Below, piece after piece: positions 14,501 through 29,500 of a DNA stretch of 64,000 bases (within the stretch, counting starts at the first letter, position 1; the number at the start of each line of letters is the position of its first letter). The stretch is from the NCBI GenBank assembly GCA_964016885.1, contig OZ024740.1:432140001-432204000 (forward strand), read 5' to 3'. Source of the DNA: Eledone cirrhosa (Eukaryota). The position numbers and the translations under genes are program-made. Under the pieces are notes generated by a model. That model had not been told where the DNA came from. It saw nothing but the letters and a program-made list of their open reading frames with translations, and made no database searches.

Positions 14501-17500
14501 CATTATCAGGCTACAGCTGTCATATTACATAGTTTCTACAACAGACCACAACAGTCACCTAGTGGGGAAGACAGACATTATCAGGCTACAGCTGTCATAT
14601 TACATAGTTTCTACAACAGACCACAACAGTCACCTAGTGGGGAAGACAGACATTATCAGGCTACAGCTGCCATATTATATAGTTTCTACAACAGACCACA
14701 ACAGTCACCTAGTGGGGAAGACAGACATTATCAGGCTACAGCTGCCATATTATATAGTTTCTACAACAGACCACAACAGTCACCAAATGGGGAAGACAGA
14801 CATTATCAGGCTAGAGCTGCCATATTATATAGTTTCTACAACAGACCACAACAGTCACCTAGTGGGGAAGACAGACATTATCAGGCTACAGCTGCCATAA
14901 TATATAGTTTCTACAACAGACCACAACAGTCACCTAGTGGGGAAGACAGACATTATCAGGCTACAGCTGCCATATTATATAGTTTCTACAACAGACCACA
15001 ACAGTCACCTAGTGGGGAAGACAGACATTATCAGGCTACAGCTGCCATATTATATAGTTTCTACAACAGACCACAACAGTCACCTAATGGGGAAGACAGA
15101 CATTATCAGGCTACAGCTGTCATATTACATAGTTTCTACAACAGACCACAACAGTCACCTAGTGGGTAAGACAGACATTATCAGGCTACAGCTGCCATAT
15201 TATATAGTTTCTACAACAGACCACAACAGTCACCTAGTGGGGAAGACAGACATTATCAGGCTACAGCTGTCATATTACATAGTTTCTACAACAGACCAAA
15301 ACAGTCACCTAGTGGGGAAGACAGACATTATCAGGCTACAGCTGCCATATTATATAGTTTCTACAACAGACCACAACAGTCACCTAGTGGGGAAGACAGA
15401 CATTATCAGGCTACAGCTGTCATATTACATAGTTTCTACAACAGACCACAACAGCCACCTAGTGGGGAAGACAGACATTATCAGGGTACAGCTGCAATAT
15501 TATATAGTTTCTACAACAGACAACCACAGTCACCTAGTGGGGAAGACAGACATTATCAGGCTACAGCTGCCATATTATACAGTTTCTACAACAAACCACA
15601 ACAGTCACCAAATGGGGAAGACAGACATTATCAGGCTACAGCTGCATTATTATATAGTTTCTACAACAGACCACAACAGTCACCTAGTGGGGAAGACAGA
15701 CATTATCAGGCTACAACTGTCATATTATATAGTTTCTACAACAGACCACAACAGTCACCTAGTGGGGAAGACAGACATTATCAGGCTACAGCTGCATATT
15801 ATATAGTTTCTACAACAGACCACAACAGTCACCTAGTGGGGAAGACAGACATTATCAGGCTACAGCTGCCATATTATATAGTTTCTACAACAGACCACAA
15901 CAGTCACCTAGTGGGGAAGACAGACATTATCAGGCTACAGCTGTCATATTACATAGTTTCTACAACAGACCACAACAGTCACCTAGTGGGGAAGACAGAC
16001 ATTATCAGGCTACAGCTGTCATATTACATAGTTTCTACAACAGACCACAACAGTCACCTAGTGGGGAAGACAGACATTATCAGGCTACAGCTGTCATATT
16101 ACATAGTTTCTACAACAGACCACAACAGTCACCTAGTGGGGAAGACAGACATAATCAGGCTAGAGCTGCTATATTATATAGTTTCTACAACAGACCACAA
16201 CAGTCACCTAATGATGAAGACAGACATTATCTGGCTACAGCTGCCATATTATATAGATTCTACAACAGACCACAACAGTCACCAAATGGGGACGACAGAC
16301 ATTACCAGGCTACAGCTGTCATATTACATAGTTTCTACAACAGAACACAACAGTCACCTAGTGGGGAAGACAGACATTATCAGGTTACAGCTGTCATATT
16401 ATATAGTTTCTACAACAGACCACAACAGTCACCAAATGGGGAAGACAGACATTATCAGGCTACAGCTGCCATATTATATAGTTTCTACAACAGACCACAA
16501 CAGTCACCAAATGGGGAAGACAGAGATTATCAGGCTACAGCTGCCATATTATATAGTTTCTACAACAGACCACAACAGTCACCAAATGGGGAAGACAGAC
16601 ATTATCGGGCTACAGCTGCCATATTATATAGTTTCTACAACAGACCACAACAGTCACCTAGTGGGGAAGACAGACATTATCAGGCTACAGCTGCCATATT
16701 ATATAGTTTCTACAATAGACCACAACAGTCACCTAGTGGGGAAGACAGACATTATCAGGCTACAGCTGTCATATCATATAGTTTCTACAACAGACCACAA
16801 CAGTCACCTAGTGGGGAAGACAGACATTATCAGGCTACAGCTGCCATATTATATAGTTTCTACAACAGACCACAACAGTCACCTAGTGGGGAAGACAGAC
16901 ATTATCAGGCTACAGCTGCCATATTATATAGTTTCTACAACAGACCACAACAGTCACCTAGTGGGGAAGACAGACATTATCAGGCTACAGCTGTCATATT
17001 ACATAGTTTCTACAACAGACCACAACAGTCACCTAGTGGGGAAGAGAGACATTATCAGGCTACAGCTGTCATATTACATAGTTTCTACAACAGACCACAA
17101 CAGTCACCTAGTGGGGAAGACAGAAATTATCAGGCTACAGCTGTAATATTATATAGTTTCTACAACAGACCACAACAGTCACCTAGTGGGGAAGACAGAC
17201 ATTATCAGGCTACAGCTGCCATATTATATAGTTTCTACAACAGAACACAACAGTCACCTAGTGGGGAAGACAGACATTATCTGGCTACAGCTGTCATATT
17301 ACATAGTTTCTACAACAGAACACAACAGTCACCTAGTGGGGAAGACAGACATTATCAGGTTACAGCTGTCATATTATATAGTTTCTACAACAGACCACAA
17401 CAGTCACCAAATGGGGAAGACAGACATTATCAGGCTACAGCTGCCATATTATATAGTTTCTACAACAGACCACAACAGTCACCAAATGGGGAAGACAGAG

Positions 17501-20500
17501 ATTATCAGGCTACAGCTGCCATATTATATAGTTTCTACAACAGACCACAACAGTCACCAAATGGGGAAGACAGACATTATCGGGCTACAGCTGCCATATT
17601 ATATAGTTTCTACAACAGACCACAACAGTCACCTAGTGGGGAAGACAGACATTATCAGGCTACAGCTGCCATATTATATAGTTTCTACAATAGACCACAA
17701 CAGTCACCTAGTGGGGAAGACAGACATTATCAGGCTACAGCTGTCATATCATATAGTTTCTACAACAGACCACAACAGTCACCTAGTGGGGAAGACAGAC
17801 ATTATCAGGCTACAGCTGCCATATTATATAGTTTCTACAACAGACCACAACAGTCACCTAGTGGGGAAGACAGACATTATCAGGCTACAGCTGCCATATT
17901 ATATAGTTTCTACAACAGACCACAACAGTCACCTAGTGGGGAAGACAGACATTATCAGGCTACAGCTGTCATATTACATAGTTTCTACAACAGACCACAA
18001 CAGTCACCTAGTGGGGAAGAGAGACATTATCAGGCTACAGCTGTCATATTACATAGTTTCTACAACAGACCACAACAGTCACCTAGTGGGGAAGACAGAA
18101 ATTATCAGGCTACAGCTGTAATATTATATAGTTTCTACAACAGACCACAACAGTCACCTAGTGGGGAAGACAGACATTATCAGGCTACAGCTGCCATATT
18201 ATATAGTTTCTACAACAGAACACAACAGTCACCTAGTGGGGAAGACAGACAATATCTGGCTACAGCTGCCATATTATATAGTTTCTACAACAGAACACAA
18301 CAGTCACCTAGTGGGGAAGACAGACATTATCAAGCTACAGCTGTCATATTACATAGTTTCTACAACAGAACACAACAGTAACTAAATGGGGAAGACAGAC
18401 ATTATCAGGCTACAGCTGTCATATTATATAGTTTCTACAACAGACCACAACAGTCACCTAGTGGGGAAGACAGACATTATCAGGCTACAGCTGTCATGTT
18501 ATATAGTTTCTATAACAGACCACAACAGTCACCTAGTGGGTAAGACAGACATTATCAGGCTACAGCTGTCATATTACATAGTTTCTACAACAGACCACAA
18601 CAGTCACCTAGTGGGGAAGACAGACATTATCAGGCTACAGCTGGCATATTATATAGTTTCTACAACAGACCACAACAGTCACCAAATGGGCAAGATAGAC
18701 ATTATCAGGCTACAGCTGTCATATTATATAGTTTCTACAACAGACCACAACAGTCACCTAGTGGGGAAGACAGACATTATCTGGCTACAGCTGCAATATT
18801 ATATAGTTTCTACAACAGAACACAACAGTCACCTAGTGGGGAAGACAGACATTATCAGGCTACAGCTGTCATATTACATAGTTTCTAAAACAGAACACAA
18901 CAGTTACCTAATGGGGAAGACAGACATTATCAGGCTACAGCTGTCATATTATATAGTTTCTTCAACAGACCACAACAGTCACCTAGTGGGGAAGCCAGAC
19001 ATTATCAGGCTACAGCTGTCATGTTATATAGTTTCTATAACAGACCACAACAGTCACCTAGTGGGGAAGACAGACATTATCAGGCTACAGCTGCCATATT
19101 ATATAGTTTCTACAACAGACCACAACAGTCACATAGTGGGGAAGACAGACATTATCAGGCTACAGCTGTCATATTACATAGTTTCTACAACAGACCACAA
19201 CAGTCACCTAGTGGGGAAGACAGACATTATCAGGCTACAGCTGTCATATTACATAGTTTCTACAACAGACCACAACAGTCACATAGTGGGGAAGACAGAC
19301 ATTATCAGGCTACAGCTGTCATATTACATAGTTTCTAAAACAGACCACAACAGTCACCTAGTGGGGAAGACAGACATTATCAGGCTACAGTTGCAATATT
19401 ATATAGTTTCTACAACAGACCACAACAGTCACCTAGTGGGGAAGACAGACATTATCTGGCTACAGCTGCCATATTATATAGTTTCTACAACAGACAACAA
19501 CAGTCACCTAGTGGGGAAGACAGACATTATCTGGCTACAGCTGCCATATTATATAGTTTCTACAACAGACCACAACAGTCACCTAGTGGGGAAGACAGAC
19601 ATTATCAGGCTACAGCTGTCATATTACATAGTTTCTACAACAGACCACAACAGTCACCTAGTGGGGAAGACAGACATTATCAGGCTACAGCTGTCATATT
19701 ACATAGTTTCTACAACAGACCACAACAGTCACATAGTGGGGAAGACAGACATTATCAGGCTACAGCTGTCATATTACATAGTTTCTACAACAGACCACAA
19801 CAGTCACCAAATGGGCAAGATAGACATTATCAGACTACAGCTGTCATATTATATAGTTTCTACAACAGACCACAACACTCACCTAGTGGGGAAGACAGAC
19901 ATTATCAGGCTACAGCTGCCATATTATATAGTTTCTACAACAGACAACAACAGTCACCAAATGTGGAAGACAGACATTATCAGGCTACAGCTGCCATATT
20001 ACTTAGTTTCTACAACAGACCACAACAGTCACCTAGTGGGGAAGACAGACATTATCAGGCTACAGCTGTCATATTATATAGTTTCTACAACAGACCACAA
20101 CAGTCACCTAGTGGGGAAGACAGACATTATCAGGCTACAGCTGCATATTATATAGTTTCTACGACAGACCACAACAGTCACCAAATGGGGAAGACAGACA
20201 TTATCAGGCTACAGCTGCCATATTATATAGTTTCTACAACAGACCACAACAGTCACCTAGTGGGGAAGACAGACATTATCAGGCTACAGCTGTCATATTA
20301 CATAGTTTCTACAACAGACCACAACAGTCACCTAGTGGGGAAGACGGACATTATCAGGCTACAGCTGTCATATTACATAGTTTCTACAACAGACCACAAC
20401 AGTCACCTAGTGGGGAAGACAGACATTATCAGGCTACAGCTGCCATATTATATAGTTTCTACAACAGACCACAACAGTCACCAAATGGGGAAGACAGACA

Positions 20501-23500
20501 TTATCAGGCTAGAGCTGCCATATTATATAGTTTCTACAACAGACCACAACAGTCACCTAGTGGGGAAGACAGACATTATCAGGCTACAGCTGCCATAATA
20601 TATAGTTTCTACAACAGACCACAACAGTCACCTAGTGGGGAAGACAGACATTATCAGGCTACAGCTGCCATATTATATAGTTTCTACAACAGACCACAAC
20701 AGTCACCTAGTGGGGAAGACAGACATTATCAGGCTACAGCTGCCATATTATATAGTTTCTACAACAGACCACAACAGTCACCTAATGGGGAAGACAGACA
20801 TTATCAGGCTACAGCTGTCATATTACATAGTTTCTACAACAGACCACAACAGTCACCTAGTGGGGAAGACAGACATTATCAGGCTACAGCTGCCATATTA
20901 TATAGTTTCTACAACAGACCACAACAGTCACCTAGTGGGGAAGACAGACATTATCAGGCTACAGCTGTCATATTACATAGTTTCTACAACAGACCAAAAC
21001 AGTCACCTAGTGGGGAAGACAGACATTATCAGGCTACAGCTGCCATATTATATAGTTTCTACAACAGACCACAACAGTCACCTAGTGGGGAAGACAGACA
21101 TTATCAGGCTACAGCTGTCATATTACATAGTTTCTACAACAGACCACAACAGCCACCTAGTGGGGAAGACAGACATTATCAGGGTACAGCTGCAATATTA
21201 TATAGTTTCTACAACAGACAACCACAGTCACCTAGTGGGGAAGACAGACATTATCAGGCTACAGCTGCCATATTATACAGTTTCTACAACAAACCACAAC
21301 AGTCACCAAATGGGGAAGACAGACATTATCAGGCTACAGCTGCATTATTATATAGTTTCTACAACAGACCACAACAGTCACCTAGTGGGGAAGACAGACA
21401 TTATCAGGCTACAACTGTCATATTATATAGTTTCTACAACAGACCACAACAGTCACCTAGTGGGGAAGACAGACATTATCAGGCTACAGCTGCATATTAT
21501 ATAGTTTCTACAACAGACCACAACAGTCACCTAGTGGGGAAGACAGACATTATCAGGCTACAGCTGCCATATTATATAGTTTCTACAACAGACCACAACA
21601 GTCACCTAGTGGGGAAGACAGACATTATCAGGCTACAGCTGTCATATTACATAGTTTCTACAACAGACCACAACAGTCACCTAGTGGGGAAGACAGACAT
21701 TATCAGGCTACAGCTGTCATATTACATAGTTTCTACAACAGACCACAACAGTCACCTAGTGGGGAAGACAGACATTATCAGGCTACAGCTGTCATATTAC
21801 ATAGTTTCTACAACAGACCACAACAGTCACCTAGTGGGGAAGACAGACATAATCAGGCTAGAGCTGCTATATTATATAGTTTCTACAACAGACCACAACA
21901 GTCACCTAATGATGAAGACAGACATTATCTGGCTACAGCTGCCATATTATATAGATTCTACAACAGACCACAACAGTCACCAAATGGGGACGACAGACAT
22001 TACCAGGCTACAGCTGTCATATTACATAGTTTCTACAACAGAACACAACAGTCACCTAGTGGGGAAGACAGACATTATCAGGTTACAGCTGTCATATTAT
22101 ATAGTTTCTACAACAGACCACAACAGTCACCAAATGGGGAAGACAGACATTATCAGGCTACAGCTGCCATATTATATAGTTTCTACAACAGACCACAACA
22201 GTCACCAAATGGGGAAGACAGAGATTATCAGGCTACAGCTGCCATATTATATAGTTTCTACAACAGACCACAACAGTCACCAAATGGGGAAGACAGACAT
22301 TATCGGGCTACAGCTGCCATATTATATAGTTTCTACAACAGACCACAACAGTCACCTAGTGGGGAAGACAGACATTATCAGGCTACAGCTGCCATATTAT
22401 ATAGTTTCTACAATAGACCACAACAGTCACCTAGTGGGGAAGACAGACATTATCAGGCTACAGCTGTCATATCATATAGTTTCTACAACAGACCACAACA
22501 GTCACCTAGTGGGGAAGACAGACATTATCAGGCTACAGCTGCCATATTATATAGTTTCTACAACAGACCACAACAGTCACCTAGTGGGGAAGACAGACAT
22601 TATCAGGCTACAGCTGCCATATTATATAGTTTCTACAACAGACCACAACAGTCACCTAGTGGGGAAGACAGACATTATCAGGCTACAGCTGTCATATTAC
22701 ATAGTTTCTACAACAGACCACAACAGTCACCTAGTGGGGAAGAGAGACATTATCAGGCTACAGCTGTCATATTACATAGTTTCTACAACAGACCACAACA
22801 GTCACCTAGTGGGGAAGACAGAAATTATCAGGCTACAGCTGTAATATTATATAGTTTCTACAACAGACCACAACAGTCACCTAGTGGGGAAGACAGACAT
22901 TATCAGGCTACAGCTGCCATATTATATAGTTTCTACAACAGAACACAACAGTCACCTAGTGGGGAAGACAGACATTATCTGGCTACAGCTGCCATATTAT
23001 ATAGTTTCTACAACAGAACACAACAGTCACCTAGTGGGGAAGACAGACATTATCAAGCTACAGCTGTCATATTACATAGTTTCTACAACAGAACACAACA
23101 GTCACTAAATGGGGAAGACAGACATTATCAGGCTACAGCTGTCATATTATATAGTTTCTACAACAGACCACAACAGTCACCTAGTGGGGAAGACAGACAT
23201 TATCAGGCTACAGCTGTCATGTTATATAGTTTCTATAACAGACCACAACAGTCACCTAGTGGGGAAGACAGACATTATCAGGCTACAGCTGTCATATTAC
23301 ATAGTTTCTACAACAGACCACAACAGTCACCTAGTGGGGAAGAGAGACATTATCAGGCTACAGCTGTCATATTACATAGTTTCTACAACAGACCACAACA
23401 GTCACCTAGTGGGGAAGACAGAAATTATCAGGCTACAGCTGTAATATTAAATAGTTTCTACAACAGACCACAACAGTCACCTAGTGGGGAACACAGACAT

Positions 23501-26500
23501 TACCAGGCTACAGCTGTCATATTACATAGTTTCTACAACAGAACACAACAATCACTAAATGGGGAAGACAGACATTATCAGGCTACAGCTGTCATATTAT
23601 ATAGTTTCTACAACAGACCACAACAGTCACCTAGTGGGGAAGACAGACATTATCAGGCTACAGCTGTCATGTTATATAGTTTCTATAACAGACCACAACA
23701 GTCACCTAGTGGGGAAGACAGAAATTATCAGGCTACAGCTGTCATATTACATAGTTTCTACAACAGACCACAACAGTCACCTAGTGGGGAACACAGACAT
23801 TATCAGGCTACAGCTGCCATATTATATAGTTTCTACAACAGACCACAACAGTCACATAGTGGGGAAGACAGACATTATCAGGCTACAGCTGTCATATTAC
23901 ATAGTTTCTACAACAGACCACAACAGTCACCTAGTGGGGAAGACAGACATTATCAGGCTACAGCTGCCATATTATATAGTTTCTACAACAGACCACAACA
24001 GTCACCAAATGGGCAAGATAGACATTATCAGGCTACAGCTGTGATATTATATAGTTTCTACAACAGACCACAACAGTCACCTAGTGGGGAAGACAGACAT
24101 TATCTGGCTACAGCTGCCATATTATATAGTTTCTACAACAGAACACAACAGTCACCTAGGGGGGAAGACAGACATTATCAGGCTACAGCTGTCATATTAC
24201 ATAGTTTCTACAACAGAACACAACAGTCACCTAATGGGGAAGACAGACAATGTCAGGCTACAGCTGCCATGTTATATAGTTTCTACAACAGACCAGAACA
24301 GTCACCTAGTGGGGAAGACAGACATTATCTGGTTACAGCTGCCATATTATATAGTTTCTACAACAGACCACAACAGTCACCTAGTGGGGAAGACAGACAT
24401 TATCAGGCTACAGCTGCCATATTATATAGTTTCTACAACAGACCACAACAGTCACCTAGTGGGGAAGACAGACATTATCTGGCTACAGCTGCCATATTTT
24501 ATAGTTTCTACAACAGACCACAACAGTCACCTAGTGGGGAAGACAGACATTATCAGGCTACAGCTGCAATATTATATAGTTTCTACAACAGACCACAACA
24601 GTCACCTAGTGGGGAAGACAGACATTATCTGGCTACAGCTGCCATATTATATAGTTTCTACAACAGACCACAACAGTCACCTAGTGGGGAAGACAGACAT
24701 TATCAGGCTACAGCTGTCATATTACATAGTTTCTATAACAGACCACAACAGTCACCTAGTGGGGAAGACAGACATTATCAGGCTACAGCTGCCATATTAT
24801 ATAGTTTCTACAACAGACCACAACAGTCACCAAATGGGCAAGATAGACATTATCAGGCTACAGCTGTCATATTATATAGTTTCTACAACAGACCACAACA
24901 GTCACCTAGTGGGGAAGACAGACATTATCTGGCTACAGCTGCCATATTATATAGTTTCTACAACAGAACACAACAATCACCTAGTGGGGAAGACAGACAT
25001 TATCAGGCTACAGCTGTCATATTACATAGTTTCTACAACAGAACACCACAGTCACCTAATGGGGAAGACAGACATTGTCAGGCTACAGCTGCCATGTTAT
25101 ATAGTTTCTACAACAGACCACAACAGTCACCTAGTGGGGAAGACAGACATTATCTGGCTACAGCTGCAATATTATATAGTTTCTACAACAGACCACAACA
25201 GTCACCTAGTGGGGAAGACAGACATTATCAGGCTACAGCTGCCATATTATATAGTTTCTACAACAGACCACAACAGTCACCTAGTGGGGAAGACAGACAT
25301 TATCTGGCTACAGCTGCCATATTTTATAGTTTCTACAACAGACCACAAGAGTCACCTAGTGGGGAAGACAGACATTATCAGGCTACAGCTGCAATATTAT
25401 ATAGTTTCTACAACAGACCACAACAGTCACCTAGTGGGGAAGACAGACATTATCTGGCTACAGCTACCATATTATATAGTTTCTACAACAGACCACAACA
25501 GTCACCTAGTGGGGAAGACAGACATTATCAGGCTACAGCTGCCATATTATATAGTTTCTACAACAGAACACAACAGTCACCTAATGGGGAAGACAGACAT
25601 TATCAGGCTACAGCTGCCATATTATATAGTTTCTACAACAGACCACAACAGTCACCTAGTGGGGAAGACAGACATTATCAGGCTACAGCTGTCATATTAC
25701 ATAGTTTCTACAACAGACCACAACAGTCACCTAGTGGGGAAGACAGACATTATCAGGCTACAGCTGGCATATTATATAGTTTCTACAACAGACCACAACA
25801 GTCACCAAATGGGCAAGATAGACATTATCAGGCTACAGCTGTCATATTATATAGTTTCTACAACAGACCACAACAGTCACCTAGTGGGGAAGACAGACAT
25901 TATCTGGCTACAGCTGCAATATTATATAGTTTCTACAACAGAACACAACAGTCACCTAGTGGGGAAGACAGACATTATCAGGCTACAGCTGTCATATTAC
26001 ATAGTTTCTAAAACAGAACACAACAGTTACCTAATGGGGAAGACAGACATTGTCAGGCTACAGCTGCCATGTTATATAGTTTCTACAACAGACCACAACA
26101 GTCACCTAGTGGGGAAGACAGACATTATCTGGCTACAGCTGCCATATTATATAGTTTCTACAACAGACCACAACAGTCACCAAATGGGGAAGACAGACAT
26201 TATAAGGCTACAGCTGTCATATTATATAGTTTCTACAACAGACCACAACAGTCACCAAATGGGGAAGACAGACATTATAAGGCTACAGCTGTCATATTAT
26301 ATAGTTTCTACAACAGACCACAACAGTCACCTAGTGGGGGAAGACAGACATTATCAGGCTACAGCTGTCATATTACATAGTTTCTACAACAGACCACAAC
26401 AGTCACCTAGTGGGGAAGACAGACATTATCAGGCTACAGCTGCCATATTATATAGTTTCTACAACAGACCACAACAGTCACCAAATGGGCAAGATAGTCA

Positions 26501-29500
26501 TTATCAGGCTACAGCTGTCATATTATATAGTTTCTACAACAGACCACAACAGTCACCTAGTGGGGAAGACAGACATTATCTGGCTACAGCTGCCATATTA
26601 TATAGTTTCTACAACAGAACACAACAGTCACCTAGTGGGGAAGACAGACATTATCAGGCTACAGCTGTCATATTACATAGTTTCTACAACAGAACACAAC
26701 AGTCACCTAATGGGGAAGACAGACATTATCAGGCTACAGCTGCCATATTATATAGTTTCTACAACAGACCACAATAGTCACCTAGTGGGGAAGACAGACA
26801 TTATCCGGCAACAGCTGCCATATTATATAGTTTCTACAACAGACCACAACAGTCACCTAGTGGGGAAGACAGACATTATCTGGCAACAGCTGCCATATTA
26901 TATAGTTTCTACAACAGACCACAACAGTCACCTAGTGGGGAAGACAGACATTATCTGGCTACAGCTGCCATATTATATAGTTTCTACAACAGAACACAAC
27001 AGTCACCTAGTGGGGAAGACAGACATTATCAGGCTACAGCTGTCATATTACATAGTTTCTACAACAGAACACAACAGTCACTAAATGGGGAAGACAGACA
27101 TTATCAGGCTACAGCTGTCATATTATATAGTTTCTTCAACAGACCACAACAGTCACCTAGTGGGGAAGACAGACATTATCAGGCTACAGCTGTCATGTTA
27201 TATAGTTTCTATAACAGACCACAACAGTCACCTAGTGGGGAAGACAGACATTATCAGGCTACAGCTGCCATATTATATAGTTTCTACAACAGACCACAAC
27301 AGTCACATAGTGGGGAAGACAGACATTATCAGGCTACAGCTGTCATATTACATAGTTTCTACAACAGACCACAACAGTCACCTAGTGGGGAAGACAGACA
27401 TTATCAGGCTACAGCTGTCATATTACATAGTTTCTACAACAGACCACAACAGTCACATAGTGGGGAAGACAGACATTATCAGGCTACAGCTGTCATATTA
27501 CATAGTTTCTAAAACAGACCACAACAGTCACCTAGTGGGGAAGACAGACATTATCAGGCTACAGTTGCAATATTATATAGTTTCTACAACAGACCACAAC
27601 AGTCACCTAGTGGGGAAGACAGACATTATCTGGCTACAGCTGCCATATTATATAGTTTCTACAACAGACAACAACAGTCACCTAGTGGGGAAGACAGACA
27701 TTATCTGGCTACAGCTGCCATATTATATAGTTTCTACAACAGACCACAACAGTCACCTAGTGGGGAAGACAGACATTATCAGGCTACAGCTGTCATATTA
27801 CATAGTTTCTACAACAGACCACAACAGTCACCTAGTGGGGAAGACAGACATTATCAGGCTACAGCTGTCATATTACATAGTTTCTACAACAGACCACAAC
27901 AGTCACATAGTGGGGAAGACAGACATTATCAGGCTACAGCTGTCATATTACATAGTTTCTACAACAGACCACAACAGTCACCAAATGGGCAAGATAGACA
28001 TTATCAGACTACAGCTGTGATATTATATAGTTTCTACAACAGACCACAACAGTCACCTAGTGGGGAAGACAGACATTATCTGGCTACAGCTGCCATATTA
28101 TATAGTTTCTACAACAGAACACAACAGTCACCTAATGGGGAAGACAGACAATGTCAGGCTACAGCTGCCATGTTATATAGTTTCTACAACAGACCAGAAC
28201 AGTCACCTAGTGGGGAAGACAGACATTATCTGGTTACAGCTGCCATATTATATAGTTTCTACAACAGACCACAACAGTCACCTAGTGGGGAAGACAGACA
28301 TTATCAGGCTACAGCTGCCATATTATATAGTTTCTACAACAGACCACAACAGTCACCTAGTGGGGAAGACAGACATTATCTGGCTACAGCTGCCATATTT
28401 TATAGTTTCTACAACAGACCACAACAGTCACCTAGTGGGGAAGACAGACATTATCAGGCTACAGCTGCAATATTATATAGTTTCTACAACAGACCACAAC
28501 AGTCACCTAGTGGGGAAGACAGACATTATCTGGCTACAGCTGCCATATTATATAGTTTCTACAACAGACCACAACAGTCACCTAGTGGGGAAGACAGACA
28601 TTATCAGGCTACAGCTGCCATATTATATAGTTTCTACAACAGAACACAACAGTCACCTAGTGGGGAAGATAGACATTATCAGGCTACAGCTGTCATATTA
28701 CATAGTTTCTACAACAGAACACAACAGTCACCTAATGGGGAAGACAGACATTATCAGGCTACAGCTGCCATATTATATAGTTTCTACAACAGACCACAAC
28801 AGTCACCTAGTGGGGAAGACAGACATTATCAGGCTACAGCTGTCATATTACATAGTTTCTATAACAGACCACAACAGTCACCTAGTGGGGAAGACAGACA
28901 TTATCAGGCTACAGCTGTCATATTACATAGTTTCTATAACAGACCACAACAGTCACCTAGTGGGGAAGACAGACATTATCAGGCTACAGCTGCCATATTA
29001 TATAGTTTCTACAACAGACCACAACAGTCACCAAATGGGCAAGATAGACATTATCAGGCTACAGCTGTCATATTATATAGTTTCTACAACAGACCACAAC
29101 AGTCACCTAGTGGGGAAGACAGACATTATCTGGCTACAGCTGCCATATTATATAGTTTCTACAACAGAACACAACAATCACCTAGTGGGGAAGACAGACA
29201 TTATCAGGCTACAGCTGTCATATTACATAGTTTCTACAACAGAACACAACAGTCACCTAATGGGGAAGACAGACATTGTCAGGCTACAGCTGCCATGTTA
29301 TATAGTTTCTACAACAGACCACAACAGTCACCTAGTGGGGAAGACAGACATTATCTGGCTACAGCTGCAATATTATATAGTTTCTACAACAGACCACAAC
29401 AGTCACCTAGTGGGGAAGACAGACATTATCAGGCTACAGCTGCCATATTATATAGTTTCTACAACAGACCACAACAGTCACCTAGTGGGGAAGACAGACA